Assembly: GCA_004431415.1 (NCBI GenBank)
Contig: QPMI01000099.1
Location: 186,001 to 250,000 of the forward strand
Origin: Cyanophora paradoxa CCMP329
Taxonomy: Eukaryota; Plantae; Glaucophyta
Length of the DNA stretch: 64,000 nt
Direction: 5' to 3'
In this document: positions 27,601 through 41,183 of the stretch, in pieces
Position numbering within the stretch: position 1 is the first letter of the stretch
Layout: each line of letters starts with the position of its first letter
The notes under the pieces: model-generated
What the model saw: only the letters and a program-made list of their open reading frames with translations
Database searches by the model: none
Told to the model about the DNA's origin: nothing
Program-made: the position numbers and the translations under genes

Positions 27601-30600
27601 ACCAGGGTGCGAGCGGCGCGAAAATTCAAGCGGGCGCTCGGTGCGCCTCTGCTCGCGTAGCCTGGAGTTTTTCATGAATTAAGATGCTGTTGTCGCTGAC
27701 TTTAATTGCGCGCTGGCACAATCGCAGATATCTTGAGTGGGGTTTGCACCTTTATCCGATAGCAGCAGCGCACACGGGCGAACGTCGCTGACGCCGCGAA
27801 TTCGCGCGTGCCGCGCAGACGGGACGTCCGGGTCGTCGTGCGTCGACGTGAACAACGGGACCGCCAGCGAAGTGAACAGCCGTGCCAGAAGCGGCCCGGT
27901 CTCCGTCGTGTTCGGCACGAAGGTAATCTGCTTATGTTCTTCGGGCCTTAAGATCTTGGCCAGCAATCTAATCTGTTTTCAGCTGTTCGTGGCGGGCGGC
28001 TCGAAGTATGACGACACAGGCACTGGTCGGACCCGCACGAACTCGATTATGTTCGCCCTCTCTAGTTTGCTGCAGTGAGGGTCTCACTAGTACTGCGCTG
28101 ATATCGCATCTTTTCCAGTTTCTACGATTCAGCGACCAACGAATGGGGCACGCACATCGCTCATTCATCAACCGGGCTGCCGAGAACTGAACTCGGGCAA
28201 GGCGCTGTCTACGGTGCGCTGTCGAACAACTTTATAACAAACTCGCTAGATGCCTGAACCAACAACGCAGATGGCAAGCTGTTCTACTTCGGGGCAAGTT
28301 TTAATGCAATTGATGTTTCCCGCCACTCAGCAGTTAATTCCAACGCGCGCCACTCGCTGTGCAGGGACAGAGCGATGCTTGGGAAGCGACGAGCGATTTA
28401 TTTTACGCAGACCTGACGGCTTTAACGCCCGCCGCTTGGGTGAGAGTCCTGCAGGTGCGGACCCCTTGCCTGGCTTCTCTACATGCTTTATGTTATCTCC
28501 ATCGCTAATCACATATACTTGTCCTCCTCAGACTGGAGCCGAAAGGCGCCAGGGAGGCGGGGCGTGGATCTGCGGGTCGCTATTCTTCGTGGCACGAGGG
28601 CGAGCCAGCCTCGAGGACGCCCCGTACACGAGCGCGCTGTACGCGGATCTCTCGCCTGTGCACTACGGTGTCGACGAAGGCGCGCGAGAAAACAGCCCTG
28701 CCCCGTCTTTCGCGCTGGCAGCTGAGAACGGATGAGCAGTAACCTTTGAAGGGGCGTCGGCCGACTTGCCGCCAGGAGAGTTCTCTCAAGCGGCCACTCT
28801 GGAGCTGGAGTCCAAATGCGGCGCATATTTCGCAGGATCGACTTCTGCCGCGGAAATTGTGAAATTCGGTGCCCTACATAGGCAAAGCGAGGAGCGATTC
28901 AAGCACACCTGCAGCTGAAAGGACTTCTGTGCGCGCAGAGTCCAACGTTTCGCCAGCTGGCCGCCTCCTCACAAGCAAGCGCGTCGTCGGCATCGACCCC
29001 TTCACCATCACGCCGGCCTCCTCCCAGTCGGTCACGGTCTCCATTATCACGTGGAGACTGACAGAAGATGGCGACGATGTAAGCGGGTTTCTGAACACGA
29101 CCTTTCGGATGCAAAGGTTCTAATTTGAATACAGGGCACCCCCTTTTTCACGAAGTTGATGCTATCGTGCACTGCGCTGAATTTGACGATATCGAAGGCG
29201 ATTCAAAGCATCCCCTCGGGAGCCAACGCGACGGCTAGCCCCGTCACAATTGCCGGTTTCCCTGAGCGCTCCGCGCCGTACCCCATCACGTGCACGGCGG
29301 CGCTTCAGTACTCGGACAGGAATTCTTCATCTACAGCCATTCCGCAGCTATCGATTCCAAGTGCGCTTAAGCTTCTGTTCTCGAATTGCTTCGCTCCAAT
29401 TCATTCTAACAATTGCAATGAGCCAGGCCGCTATGTGACGGAGCTCCTGCCTTTCCCTGTCGAGGCCGTGTCCAGCACCGCTGTGCACATAGCAAACTTC
29501 TCGTGGGTACTGTCAGACAGCGGCGCGCTGGGCACCCCCACTTATCTGGGTCTCGATGTTTCTTGCGTCAATGACGGTGTCGTGCAATCGGCGTCCGTGC
29601 CAATCGTCGATGGCTCTTCGTTCGTAAGAGCGAACATCACCCTCGAAGGATTCCCCGACGTTTCGTGGTTTGACGCGGTGTGCACCGCCACGCTTCGCTA
29701 CTCCGGAAGCTTTTCGGCAAATACAACGAGCACTTTACGCGGTACGGCTTTTGCAAGCCGCAAATTGGCCAATCTTGTGATCGGTATCGCAGCGATGCAA
29801 CGCCCAATATATCTCACCCGATCACTGGCTACTGCGCCAAGCAAAGACCCCTGGCCGGGCACAGCCCTTCGGACCAGGCTAGTGTTGTTGGCGCCCTTTG
29901 TTCTGCTGGGAGGTGTGTGCACTCCGTTGCATAAGTATCTGATGGTTTAAAGTGCAGCGACTGACGGAGTCATGCTCATGCGCAGGAGGAAACGGTGTTC
30001 GCACCGTGAGCATAAACCCCGCCACCAGAGCGGCGAGCTGGACGCCGCTCGCGCTGAGCGGCTCGTGCCCCCTCTCCGACGACGGCTGGATCCATCGCGG
30101 CTTCGGGAGGAAGGGCTTCTTCGTTGCCCACACCGGCGCTGAGTACCAAGGCGCGAATGGCGCGAAGATTCAAGCGGGCGCTCGGTGCGTTTCAATTCAA
30201 GAACTTCCAGAGCTTTCCCAGTAATTTCCAGATTACAGGTACCTGGAATGGGGTGCGGCTGCAATTGAAAGATGGAAGACGGCATCAGACAGGGCTACTG
30301 CTAATTATAATGAACCCCCGCCGCACAGATGGGCTGTCAAACTCGGAATGCTTCGACGTCAACACTGGCACTGGGGCAGAAATCAACAGCCGTGCCCGGG
30401 TCAAACCCGTATCAGTCGTATACGGCACGAAGGTCCGGCTGCCCTGAGAAACGGAGTCCTTTGTCTCGTTTATTTTAACGTCTGCTTTCTCTTCGGCCTA
30501 GTTGTACACGGCAGGCGGCTCAAAATACGATCCAAACACTAATGTAGCAATCCTCACCAACTCGATTATGTGCGTCGCACATGCAAATGAAGCCATTTTA

Positions 30601-33600
30601 TTATCAAGAAGTAACTCATTCCTGTACTTTTCGCGATCAGTTTCTACGATTCGGCCGCTGCAAATGCGAGCGAGGCATGGGGCACCCTCATTCCGCATTC
30701 GACGGGCGGACAACCCAGAACGGAATCCGCGCAGGGGGCTGTTTACGGTACACATTTTGATCCCGCCCTGATGAATACGTATACACTAATTGGATTACTA
30801 TATCCGATCAGATGGAAAGCTTTTTTACTTTGGAGTGAGTGCTGTTGCAATCGGTCAATCGCAGCGGTCTAGCGTTGATAGAAGAGGGGCGCGCAGGGCA
30901 GAGATGCGTCCTGGTCAGTGTCTAGTGACTTGCATTTTGTGGATCTGGCAGCTGCAGGAGCTGTCTGGGTGAAAGTGAATCAGGTGCGAGAGCAACTTTG
31001 CCGCACGCACGCGCGCAAAGCTCAACGCGCGCAGAACGGGGCCGAGGGGCGGCAAGGCGGGGGGGCCTGGACCTGCGGTCCTCTGCTGTTCCTTGCCCGC
31101 GGCAGCAGAGGCCTCGGGAACTCGTACTTCACGAACGCGCTGGTTGCGAATTTGTCGAGCGTGGATATTTATGCGGGCGATGCCAACTCGACAAGTGCGC
31201 TGCCCCGCTTCATAATTACGCGATACCGAAGCTCTTACCTCGACGAGCAGTGCAGTTCGACGAGGCGGCTGGAAGCGTGCCACCGGGTGAAGGCTCGCAG
31301 GCGGCGATCACAGCGCTGGAGGGCAGCTGCGGGTCAGTGCTGGTTTGAGTGTCTGCCGGGCTGTACGTTTGGAATACGAAATTTAATTTGCGAGACCGTA
31401 GAGCGTATTTCGGCGGGTCGGTCGATGCTACGGAGATCCTTAAGCTCGGTTTGTGCAAAAGGACTCCACGATTACGCGTATTCGTAATTATATAATCCCT
31501 TCGTTCGCAGAGGCGAACGTTCTTCCCTCGGGCGAGCCCTCCAACAGCAAGCGCGTCACGAGCCTCTCTGCGTTCAGCGTCTGGCCTGCCTCGACAACCG
31601 TCCTCCGCACTTCCCCGCTCTCGTGGCGACTGTCGATGACGGGCGCGACCGGAACGCCGTCCTACATTCGCCTCGCAATGACATGCGACGCTCCGAGCGT
31701 CGGAGCAAGCAGCACAGCAGTGGTCTCGGACTTGGCTCCCGGAGCAAACTCAGCCGACCCCATCGCCCTCGTCGATTTTCCCGAGCGCCCCTTCTCTTAT
31801 GTGGTATCATGTTCCGCAGAGCTCGTTTTCTTTGGTACCTTTTTTGTCACCTTCACCTAACAGCCCTTTCTCTCATATCAGAGCCTGATCGCAAATTGCA
31901 AACCAGGTGGAGTGGCTAAGCGAGACGCTAGCTCTTCCTTCCGGTCCCTGCCCGGTATGCGGCGAGTTTGAAAACTTCGTGCAGCCGAGCTCGGACTTGA
32001 ACACTGATTCGGGCATCAGCAAAATCCATCACTGCAATGGGCAGTTTTTCCCTGGAGGCGATCGGCCCGTCTTCTATCCGCACGTCCAACTTCACGTGGT
32101 CGCTCTCGAGCGCTGGCGAGCCGGCCTCCCCTGCGTACACGAGCTTCGTCCTGGAGTGCCGCGCAGTCGGAGACGGGCTGAACGAGACCCGAACGCTCGC
32201 GCTGCCTGCCGGAGACCTGCCTGCGCCAGGGTCCACGACGCTGCCCGGGCAGGCCCTCTCGACGCTGCCCGAGATGCCGGTGCCCTACACGATCAGCTGC
32301 GCTGCGACAATCGGGTTCTTTGGAGGGTCCAACCATTCCACTTCCATAGCCCCGCAGATACAATCCATCGCTGGTGCGCAGCTGTTGTCGGTCTAAATTA
32401 CAAGCTTCGAATGCAGCGTTCGGTTCGTTTTCGGAGATCTGATGGAGTTCCCGCAGTGCGAAGTGTTGCTTCGGTATCGCCGTTCACTATCGAGCAAGTG
32501 GATTCGACCGCAGTGCGAATAACGGGCTTGACATGGAGCCTGTCGTCTATCGGTGCCGTGGGCAGCCCTGCATACAGATCCGTCCGAGTGACCTGCGACA
32601 ACCGCTCCGTCAGGCGAACAAATGAGAGTGATGCGCCCGAGTCAGGCTCGACGTCATATCCGATCTCGATAATTGTGAGCGGGCTCGATGATACGTACTC
32701 ATACGACACGACGTGCACCGTCTTTATCCTCTACGCATACCGTGAACAGGCCAACCGCACTTTAAGTGCGATAGGTGAGAAGTCTACTGTGCGAACTTGA
32801 ACTGGCATCGATATCTCCGTGTTGATGCTGTCCGAGCGCAGTGCCAGATAAATCGGTTCTCAACGGAACGCTGTCATTCACCGTCTCGCCGGTGTCCATC
32901 GCATCCGTCCACGTCTCCGGCTTTGCGTGGGCCGTCTCTCCCGGCCGCTACGGGACGCCCGTCTACTCGAACCTGACGGTGTCCTGCTCGTGGGGCAACG
33001 AGATGCGGACGGCGGTGCTGCGCGCGATCGCTCCGATGCAGACGGCGATCTTGGGCGTGGATTCGGAGGGTGCGGTCCCCCTCGACGGCTTTGTGCCGAG
33101 CACCGAGGCTCAGGCTGTGCGCTGCACTGCTGTCCTGTACTACGGCGCCGGGGGGCAGCTGCTCGCCACAGCGACCAACTCCACTACATCCATCCGCGGT
33201 CTGTAACAAAATTTGATGAGATAGCCATTTAGGTTGGAGGCGATGAAGGTCGTCCATCGTTCCGATGCTAATGAGAGCCCTGCGCAGCATCGTACTGCAC
33301 GCCGGCTGGCGTCGCCGTCTCCTGCCCAGGGTCCACCGGCATCCCGCTCAATGCAACAGCAATTGCGACGTCGACGACATGGGTCACTCCGGCCGTCGGC
33401 TGCATTCCGCCAGCATTCGAAGCGGTGTCTGTGACCTGTGCACACCCGGGCAACGGTTCGATCTGGTACAGACGGAGCACGGAGCGCGGTCCGGTCGCGC
33501 CGAATGACGCGTCCACTTTCTTGACGGTCGCTGTGTCGCCGCTGCTGGCGAGCGTGTCGTACGACTGTCGCACTGCGCTGCTGTACGCCGGGGTCGGATT

Positions 33601-36600
33601 CACCAAGAGCGAGCCAGGGACGCTCACGCAAAGTACACGCACTGTCTGCAGCGTGCCAGGCGGTGCGCACAGCTGAGTTGAATCGTGCATGCGTTCCTCG
33701 TCTGATTTGAACTTGCGTGATTGCTTCATTCTGCAGCACCGCCGAAAGGCCTTGTTCCGGGCTCTCTGGAATTCGGACTGTCCGCGTCTTCAACATCCTC
33801 TGTTGCGACTTCGGCGATTACGTGGCTGTCCGGGCCCGAAGGCGCTCTTGACTCGCCAGTGTACAATAACGTCACCGTCACCTGCTCCGGTGGAGGAGTA
33901 ACCAGAACCGTCGTGATCAGCGCGATTCCGACCGGAGCTGTTTCGGCAGACGCGGTGAAGCTGACAGGATTTCCGGAACGTGCCGAATCGTATTCCATCA
34001 ATTGCGTGGCATCTGTGTTCTTTGCGTCGGCTGCCAGAAATGTGGACAGCTCCGGCAGGCTTGGATTCGAGTTTGCGAGCATCCGCGAAGCCGTTGTTGT
34101 TCAATCTCTGTCTGGTGCGCGCGTCGCCGAAGGAAACGCGATAGGAGTTCTAAGCGGGGACCCCGCGGCCGGCCTCGTGAGGCAAGATGCGCTGACTGTT
34201 GTGGCCCGATCGCGCAGCCCGATCCGTTCAAGGCAATCTCGTCTTCTCGGTCGCCGTCACAAACAGAACAAGCGTCGCATTGAGCCCCATCTCCTGGTCG
34301 CTATCGTCCTCAGGGGCAGACGGCTCGCCAACCTACCGCAGCCTGCGTGTGATCTGCGACTGTGCCGGCGTCCAGCGGGTCGCAATCGCCGACGCGACAT
34401 CAATTGCAACCAGCTCCGGCTCCACCGGCTACAACAATAGCATCGTAGTGGTAGATCTGCCTGACGCGACCTCGTTCGACGTCAACTGCACGGCAGCCCT
34501 GGCGTACTCTGCAGACGCCTCCGCTACAGGCTGGGCAGCGGTGATCGGTGCGCAAGCTCCAGGACAGGGCGATCGCCGGCTCTGCATTCACTCTCAATTG
34601 CTGTCAAACTCCGGTCTGACGGGACGCTCGCGCAGCCTCCGAGAGGACCGTTCTCAACGGGACGCTCAATTTCACCGTCTCGCCGGTGTCCATCGCATCC
34701 GTCCACGTCTCCGGCTTTGCGTGGGCCGTCTCTCCCGGCCGCTACGGGACGCCCGTCTACTCGAACCTGACGGTGTCCTGCTCGTGGGGCAACGAGACGC
34801 GGACGGCGGTGCTGCGCGCGATCGCTCCGATGCAGACGGCGATCTCGGGCGCGGATTCGGAGGGTGCGGTCCTCCTCGACGGCTTTGTGCCGAGCACCGA
34901 GGCTCAGGCTGTGCGCTGCACTGCTGTCCTGTACTACGGCGCCGGGGGGCAGCTGCTTGCAGCAGCAGCCAACTCCACTACATCCATCCGCGGTCTGTAA
35001 CAAAATTTGATGAGATAGCCATTTAGGTTGGAGGCGATGAAGGTCGTCCATCGTTCCGATGCTAATGAGAGCCCTGCGCAGCATCGTACTGCACGCCGGC
35101 TGGCGTCGCCGTCTCCTGCCCAGGGTCCACCGGCATCCCGCTCAATGCAACAGCAATTGCGACGTCGACGACATGGGTCACTCCGGCCGTCGGCTGCATT
35201 CCGCCAGCATTCGAAGCGGTGTCTGTGACCTGTGCACACCCGGGCAACGGTTCGATCTGGTACAGACGGAGCACGGAGCGCGGTCCGGTCGCGCCGAATG
35301 ACGCGTCCACTTTCTTGACGGTCGCTGTGCCGCCGCTGCTGGCGAGCGTGTCATACGACTGTCGCACTGCGCTGCAGTACGCCGGGGTCGGATTCGACAA
35401 GAGCGAGCCAGGGACGCTCACGCAAAGTACACGCACTGTCTGCAGCGTGCCAGGCGGTGCGCACAGCTGAGTTGAATCGTGCATGCGTTCCTCGTCTGAT
35501 TTGAACTTGCGTGATTGCTTCATTCTGCAGCACCGCCGAAAGGCCTTGTTCCGGGCTCTCTGGAATTCGGACTGTCCGCGTCTTCAACATCCTCTGTTGC
35601 GACTTCGGCGATTACGTGGCTGTCCGGGCCCGAAGGCGCTCTTGACTCGCCAGTGTACAATAACGTCACCGTCACCTGCTCCGGTGGAGGAGTAACCAGA
35701 ACCGTCGTGATCAGCGCGATTCCGACCGGAGCTGTTTCGGCAGACGCGGTGGAGCTGACAGGATTTCCGGAACGTGCCGAATCGTATTCCATCAATTGCG
35801 TAGCATCTGTGTTCTTTGCGTCGGCTGTCAAAAACGTGGACAGCTCCGGCAGGCTTGGATTCGAGTATGCAAGCATCCGCAAAGCCGTCGTTGTTCAATC
35901 TCTGTCTGGTGCGCGCGTCGCCGAAGGAAACGCGATAGGAGTTCTAAGCGGGGACCCCGCGGCCGGCCTCGTGAGGCAAGAGGCTCTGACCGTTGTGGCC
36001 CGATCGCGCAGCCCGATCCGTTCAAGGCAATCTCGTCTTCTCGGTCGCCGTCACCAACAGAACAAGCGTCGCATTGAGCCCCATCTCCTGGTCGCTATCG
36101 GCCTCAGGGGCAGACGGCTCGCCAACCTACCGCAGCCTGCGTGTGATCTGCGACTGTGCCGGCGTCCAGCGGGTCGCAATCGCCGACGCGGCATCGATTG
36201 CAACCAGCTCCGGCTCCACCGGCTACAACAATAGCATCGTAGTGGTAGATCTGCCTGACGCGACCTCGTTCGACGTCAACTGCACGGCAGCCCTGGCGTA
36301 CTCTGCAGACGCCTCCGCTACAGGCTGGGCGGCGGTGATCGGTGCGCAAGCTCCAGGACAGGGCGATCGCCGGCTCTGCATTCACTCTCAATTGCTGTCA
36401 AACTCCGGTCTGACGGGACGCTCGCGCAGCCTCCGAGAGGACCGTTCTCAACGGGACGCTCAATTTCACCGTCTCGCCGGTGTCCATCGCATCCGTCCGC
36501 GTCTCCGGCTTTGCGTGGGCCGTCTCTCCCGGCCGCTACGGGACGCCCGTCTACTCGAACCTGACGGTGTCCTGCTCGTGGGGCAACGAGACGCGGACGG

Positions 36601-39600
36601 CGGTTCTGCGAGCGATCACTCCGATGCAGACGGCGATCTTGGGCGCGGATTCGGAGGGTGCGGTCCTCCTCGACGGCTTTGTGCCGAGCACCGAGGCTCA
36701 GCCTGTGCGCTGCACTGCTGTCCTCCACTACGGCGCCGGCGGGCAGCTGCTTGCAGCAGCCGCCAACTCCACCACTTCCATTTCAGGTGCGTCTGGACGC
36801 ACGTGCGCGTGCGCCGGCGCTCATATCGAAACTGAAGTGCACACTTGCAGCACCGTACTGCGCTCCAGCCGACTTGGTGGTCTCTTGCCCCGGACGCACA
36901 TTCCGCGACATAAAGTCGGATTCCATTCCATTCTCTGCGGCCTGGTCTTCAGCTCAAGTGGACTGCATTCCTCCGCACTATGCAGAGGTTGCTGTCACAT
37001 GCGCATCATCCCGAACGTTCGAGCAATACCGAATGTCAACGTCGGCCGCCCGCGTCGCTCCTAATGATTTGAGTTCATTCGTGACGCTCCCCGTGCCTCC
37101 TCTGTCACAAGACGTCACCTACATCTGTAATGGAACTCTCGCCTACTTTGGCGTGGGGCGCAACCGCAGTGCGACGGCGAAAATTCAGCAGGCTAATGCG
37201 ACTCTTTGCGTGGTCCCTGCAGGTGCGTTTCCACTTGCAGCTGCAGTTCCCATGCGCTTAATTTTATGCACGCAACTGATATGCATGATTATGATCAACC
37301 GCATCGCAGCTCCTCCACGGCTGGTGGTGGATGGATCGCTGAACTTCAGTGTGGCCGCCACCTCGCCGACAACCGTTGCGACTTCCCCCATCACTTGGCG
37401 CCTGTCCCCGTTCGGGGCGACGGACACCCCAGTCTATAAGAACCTGACAGTCGCTTGCGAGGGCGCCAAAGCTCTGTCCGCTACTGCGATTGCCAGCGCC
37501 AGCGCGATCGATATCGCAGCTGGTGCAGTCCAAGCAAGCTCAATGAACGTCTCAGGCCTTCAGGATGCCTTGGAATCTAGCATCGTTTGTGTAGCGACTC
37601 TCTCATACTCGGCACTCCCCGGCGCAAACGTCGAAGCGTTCCGCGCCACTGCATCGTCTTCAATCGAAGGTAATCCCTGAGAGAACAGCTCTAGATCTTT
37701 TCCAAGCCGGTCGGCTCATTTGCTCGCAGTGCCGGACAGGACGGTGCTCGAAGATTCCCTCACTTTCCGAATCGTCTCCGCGTCCATGTCCGCGGTCGAA
37801 GCCTCTGGGTTCTCGTGGCGAACCTCGCCTGGGCACGTCGGCACCCCCGCTTACGCGAACCTCACGGTCGCCTGCTCGTGCGAGAACGCGACCCGGGAGG
37901 CTGTACTCCAGGAGATCGCTCCGTCGGCGACGACGCTGCCGGGGGTGACACTCAGTCTAGACGGCTTCGCTCCGAACGTCGAGCCTCAAAGCGTGCACTG
38001 CAGCGCGCGACGCTGTACTACGGCTTTGGCGGCCGTCTGCGCGCCACGGCATCGAACTCCACAACCCTCGTTCCTGGTATGCGCTTCAATATATATAAAC
38101 GCGGGTCAGTCGATGGCAATTGAACACCCTCCAATCGATATCGCAGCAACGTTCTGCGCTCCAAGCGACCTTGCAGTCGCCTGCCCTCCGCATCCCCGCT
38201 TCCCCTACTCAAATGGCAGTATCAAGCCCGACGTGATTCTGACGGCAGCAGCATGGTCTTTGAATCACACGGATTGCATCCCTCCCCTCTACGGGAATCT
38301 GACCGTCGCCTGCGAGGGCCCCCCATTCAAAGGCCACGAATACCACAGCGTGACTGCGTCAGCCGCTCGCGCAGCCGGGGGAAATCTTACGAATGTCATG
38401 ACGATCGCCGTGCCTCCTCTATCCCAAAACGTCACATATCGCTGCAATGGCACTTTGGCATACTCTGGTGTGGGACACAACAGCAGCGCGACGGCGACGA
38501 TTCGGCAGTCGAACGCAACGTTGTGCGCAGTCCCTGCAGGTGAATAATTTCCACCTGCGCATGCAATATTAATTGCAACCTCCACGCGCGTCCTCAGCAT
38601 AACCTCTCACCCGCATCGCAGCTCCTCCACGCTCGGTGCTGGATGGATCGCTGAACTTCAGCGTGGCAGCCACCTCGCCGACAACCGTTGCAACTTCCCC
38701 CATCACCTGGCGCCTGTCCCCGTTCGGGGCGACGGACACCCCAGTCTACAGAAACCTGACAGTCGCCTGCGAGGGCGCCAATGTGACACGCTCGGCCGTC
38801 ACCACGAACATCTCGACTGCAGCTGTGTCGATTCAAGGACTGAACTTCACGAATTTGCCTTTGCCCGGCCCTCTTGGGCAGTACCTCATAACGTGCACGG
38901 CGTCGCTTTACTATGGTCAGAACGAGAGCGTGCACGGCGTGGCTCGCGCTCTGTCTCGACGCAGTTCCCCGTCGCCCTCAACTCTCCCGACGCCAACGCC
39001 GCCTGTGGTCCTTGATACGCCCCTACCTCTGCCGCCACCCGTTCCAGCGCCGGCAAATCGGAGCGTGGCTTCCATCACAGTCGGCGACCAAACAATGGAC
39101 ACTAGCTCGCTGACGGTTCTTTCGGACGGAGAGACTGTCTCTGTCGTCCTTCCTGAGCCGCTCGTGAAAGTCGTTCAAGACGTGAGCTGCTTTTAGTTTT
39201 CAAGCCGCGACCAGTATATATGTATTCGGCGACACTTTAAGCTTTTGCGCTGACCAATCGCAACCCATACATCGCAGGCTTCGAGCGAGTTCGTCACCAT
39301 ATCTCTTGACGCCCTCGCGGTTCGCCCCACAGTTTCGGGATCCTGGGCTCTGCGGCTGCATGAAATTAAAGCGCATATTTCGCAGGTCCAGGATCCGGAC
39401 ATCGATTTCGCAAATGTACGCGTCGTGCTACTAAGTGAAGAGGGCGGCGCGATTGAGACGATCGAGCTTGAACCAATTGTTCTCCCTGACAATCGAATTC
39501 GATTCAGTGCGCGCCGATGCATACTACGATATGCTCCACGCAAGTGCATTCGAATCCCACGCACTCGCAGAAATTCCTGCGCTCGCGCTGCGTCTCGAGG

Positions 39601-40227
39601 CGCAAAGGAGGCGGCGCGCCGCGCTTGGGTTCTCCCCTGGCCTGGTCGACCTCCGGATTCAGAGCCTGACCGGCGCTTTCCCGCCCATCGTTCTGAAGAA
39701 TGTTCGTCGGGCGAACACAATTATAAGACGCTCTTTCTCGCAGCACTGAACCGCGCGCGCGCATCATGAACAGGCTGTGCTCTGGAGCCCGAGCTCGCAA
39801 GAGCTGCCGAGTGGGGTGACCGGATCCGGAGGCGGTGGCCTGGCAGAGGGGGAAATTGCCGCCACGACAGACGCGGTTTTGCTGGCCGCTGAACTCGCTG
39901 TGGCCGAGGCCTCTGCGTCCGCCGCTGCAGGCGTGGAAGCGCAAGATGCTGACAAAGAGGTGCTCTCCTTAAAATAAAACAGATCTTATACTCATGATCA
40001 AGGCCCTTTCGCTGACCGGCGGTCCGTGTCGCCTCTAGACTCTGAAGGTGTTTACCGTCACGGGCGGCATCTGCTTTTTGCTGGCTGTCGCAGTGCTTGT
40101 GGCGGGAGCAATTCGAAATGGCAAGAAGAAGGGCAAACGGAAGTGGAGATGGTGGAGGCGCAAGAAAGCTAGCGAGGAGATTGCTGATAATGAGGTCAAC
40201 GTCACAGTCTCGCACAATGAGATGTGA
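21670..40227 (+). CDS. Gene B: giant type-I membrane protein with ~28 beta-sandwich-like repeats, three Kelch-like propellers and a C-terminal TM; multi-exon
   Basis: Signal peptide MRRPRAVSNSNHIDIAFCLRFLAFCVIVHQAAG. Repeat consensus F.V...S.T.V.ts..tW.ls..G..gtP.Y..l.v.C......gfP....y.i.C.A.L.Y. Kelch-like blades (KLFVAGG...NSI.FYDS.TNEW; DGKLFYFGG...W) near 24.6-26.2, 27.3-28.8 and 29.8-31.4 kb. Pro-rich stalk at ~38.96-39.05 kb. The last exon 40039-40227 encodes VFTVTGGICFLLAVAVLVAGAI-RNGKKKGKRKW...EM*. Confidence 0.85.
21850..32721 (+). repeat. Dispersed duplication of two exons plus intron within gene B (21850-22492 vs 32079-32721)
   Basis: Near-identical sequence, including the intron ..ggtctaaattacaagcttcgaatgcagcgttcgg.. 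Confidence 0.9.
32877..36780 (+). repeat. 1794-bp tandem duplication (~2.2 copies) of four exons and their introns in gene B
   Basis: ccgtctcgccggtgtccatcgc at 32881, 34675 and 36469. ORF-track entries repeat with a 1794 offset, and the introns are almost identical. Confidence 0.95.
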
Positions 40228-40645
40228 ACTATTCATGTTAGAGCGCGCGAAGACAGGACAGATAGCACCTAGTAATGTAAGGCAGAACTCATACTTGCAT
40301 CGCTTCTTTACGTGACAAGAATTGATAGCGGACACCCGCAAAATTCATGGCTCGATGCGCTGAGCGTGTGGGGCAGGGGTGAGGAATTGATCATCGGATG
40401 GGGGCCCGGGGGAGGGGGGGGGGGGGGGGGGGGAAGGGGGGACGGGAGAGGACTCGGAAGCGGGGTGGGTGGGTGGGGGCACCTACGTCGCCCCCCGCGC
40501 ACTGTAAATAAATAAAATGAAAGCATTACAAAAGCATCGCTTATGATCGCCTCTTCGAACTCGCCATTCACTCCAGCTCAGATGTCGACGCCAGCTATGT
40601 CTATGTGGGCATGTGGAGGCGGGGAGCGGGTCGGGGCGCGTGCTG

Positions 40646-40800
40646 GACTTCACGAGAGAGTGCTGCAGGAGGCGGGAGAGGATCTCGGGAGTGATCGGGA
40701 GGCGTCGAGGGCGGTCAGAGGCCGGAGAGGCGTGCTCAATGCCCTTGAGGGCGCGCTGGAGGCGAGGGGAGGAGGACATGGCTCCGGTGCGCATGATTCG
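40646..40800 (-). pseudogene. Fragment of a DIRS/Ngaro-type tyrosine recombinase
   Basis: SSPRLQRALKGIEHASPASDRPRRLPITPEILSRLL matches the 'l.r.lkG......R.PIT..iL..l' linker typical of YR-retrotransposon recombinases. No catalytic domain is present. Confidence 0.65.
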
Positions 40801-41183
40801 TACGCGTCCCGCGCCCCGCGCCGCCCGCGTGCTGAGGTGCTCGCACGTTCGCACTCAGCCTCCTCAATCATTCCTCCGGGTTTGCCCGCCCCCCCTTCCC
40901 CGGCCCCCTTCCCGCCCCCCCTTCCCGCCCCTCTCGAGGATGGCAAACCCAACGGTACGCCCCGCGCGGGCTGCTCCCGAGCACCTCGCGGGCTGACCCG
41001 GGCCCTAGCCGTCGAATCAGGTACCCCCCTGCTCCGTGGGGCTCCCCGCGGCCCTCCGCCGCCCCTGCCTATGCCTCCGCCGCCTCCGGCCGTCGTTGGT
41101 TGCCGCGGCCCCGCGCGGAGCGCGTCTCGGCCGCCCGCGCCGTGGCGGGCGATGATCTCGAGGGGTACCGGTGCGCCTCGCCC

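Noticed and set aside
40646-40800. Intact tyrosine recombinase or DIRS element
   Set aside because: Only ~45 codons of the linker region; no RHRY catalytic residues, RT or RNase H nearby.
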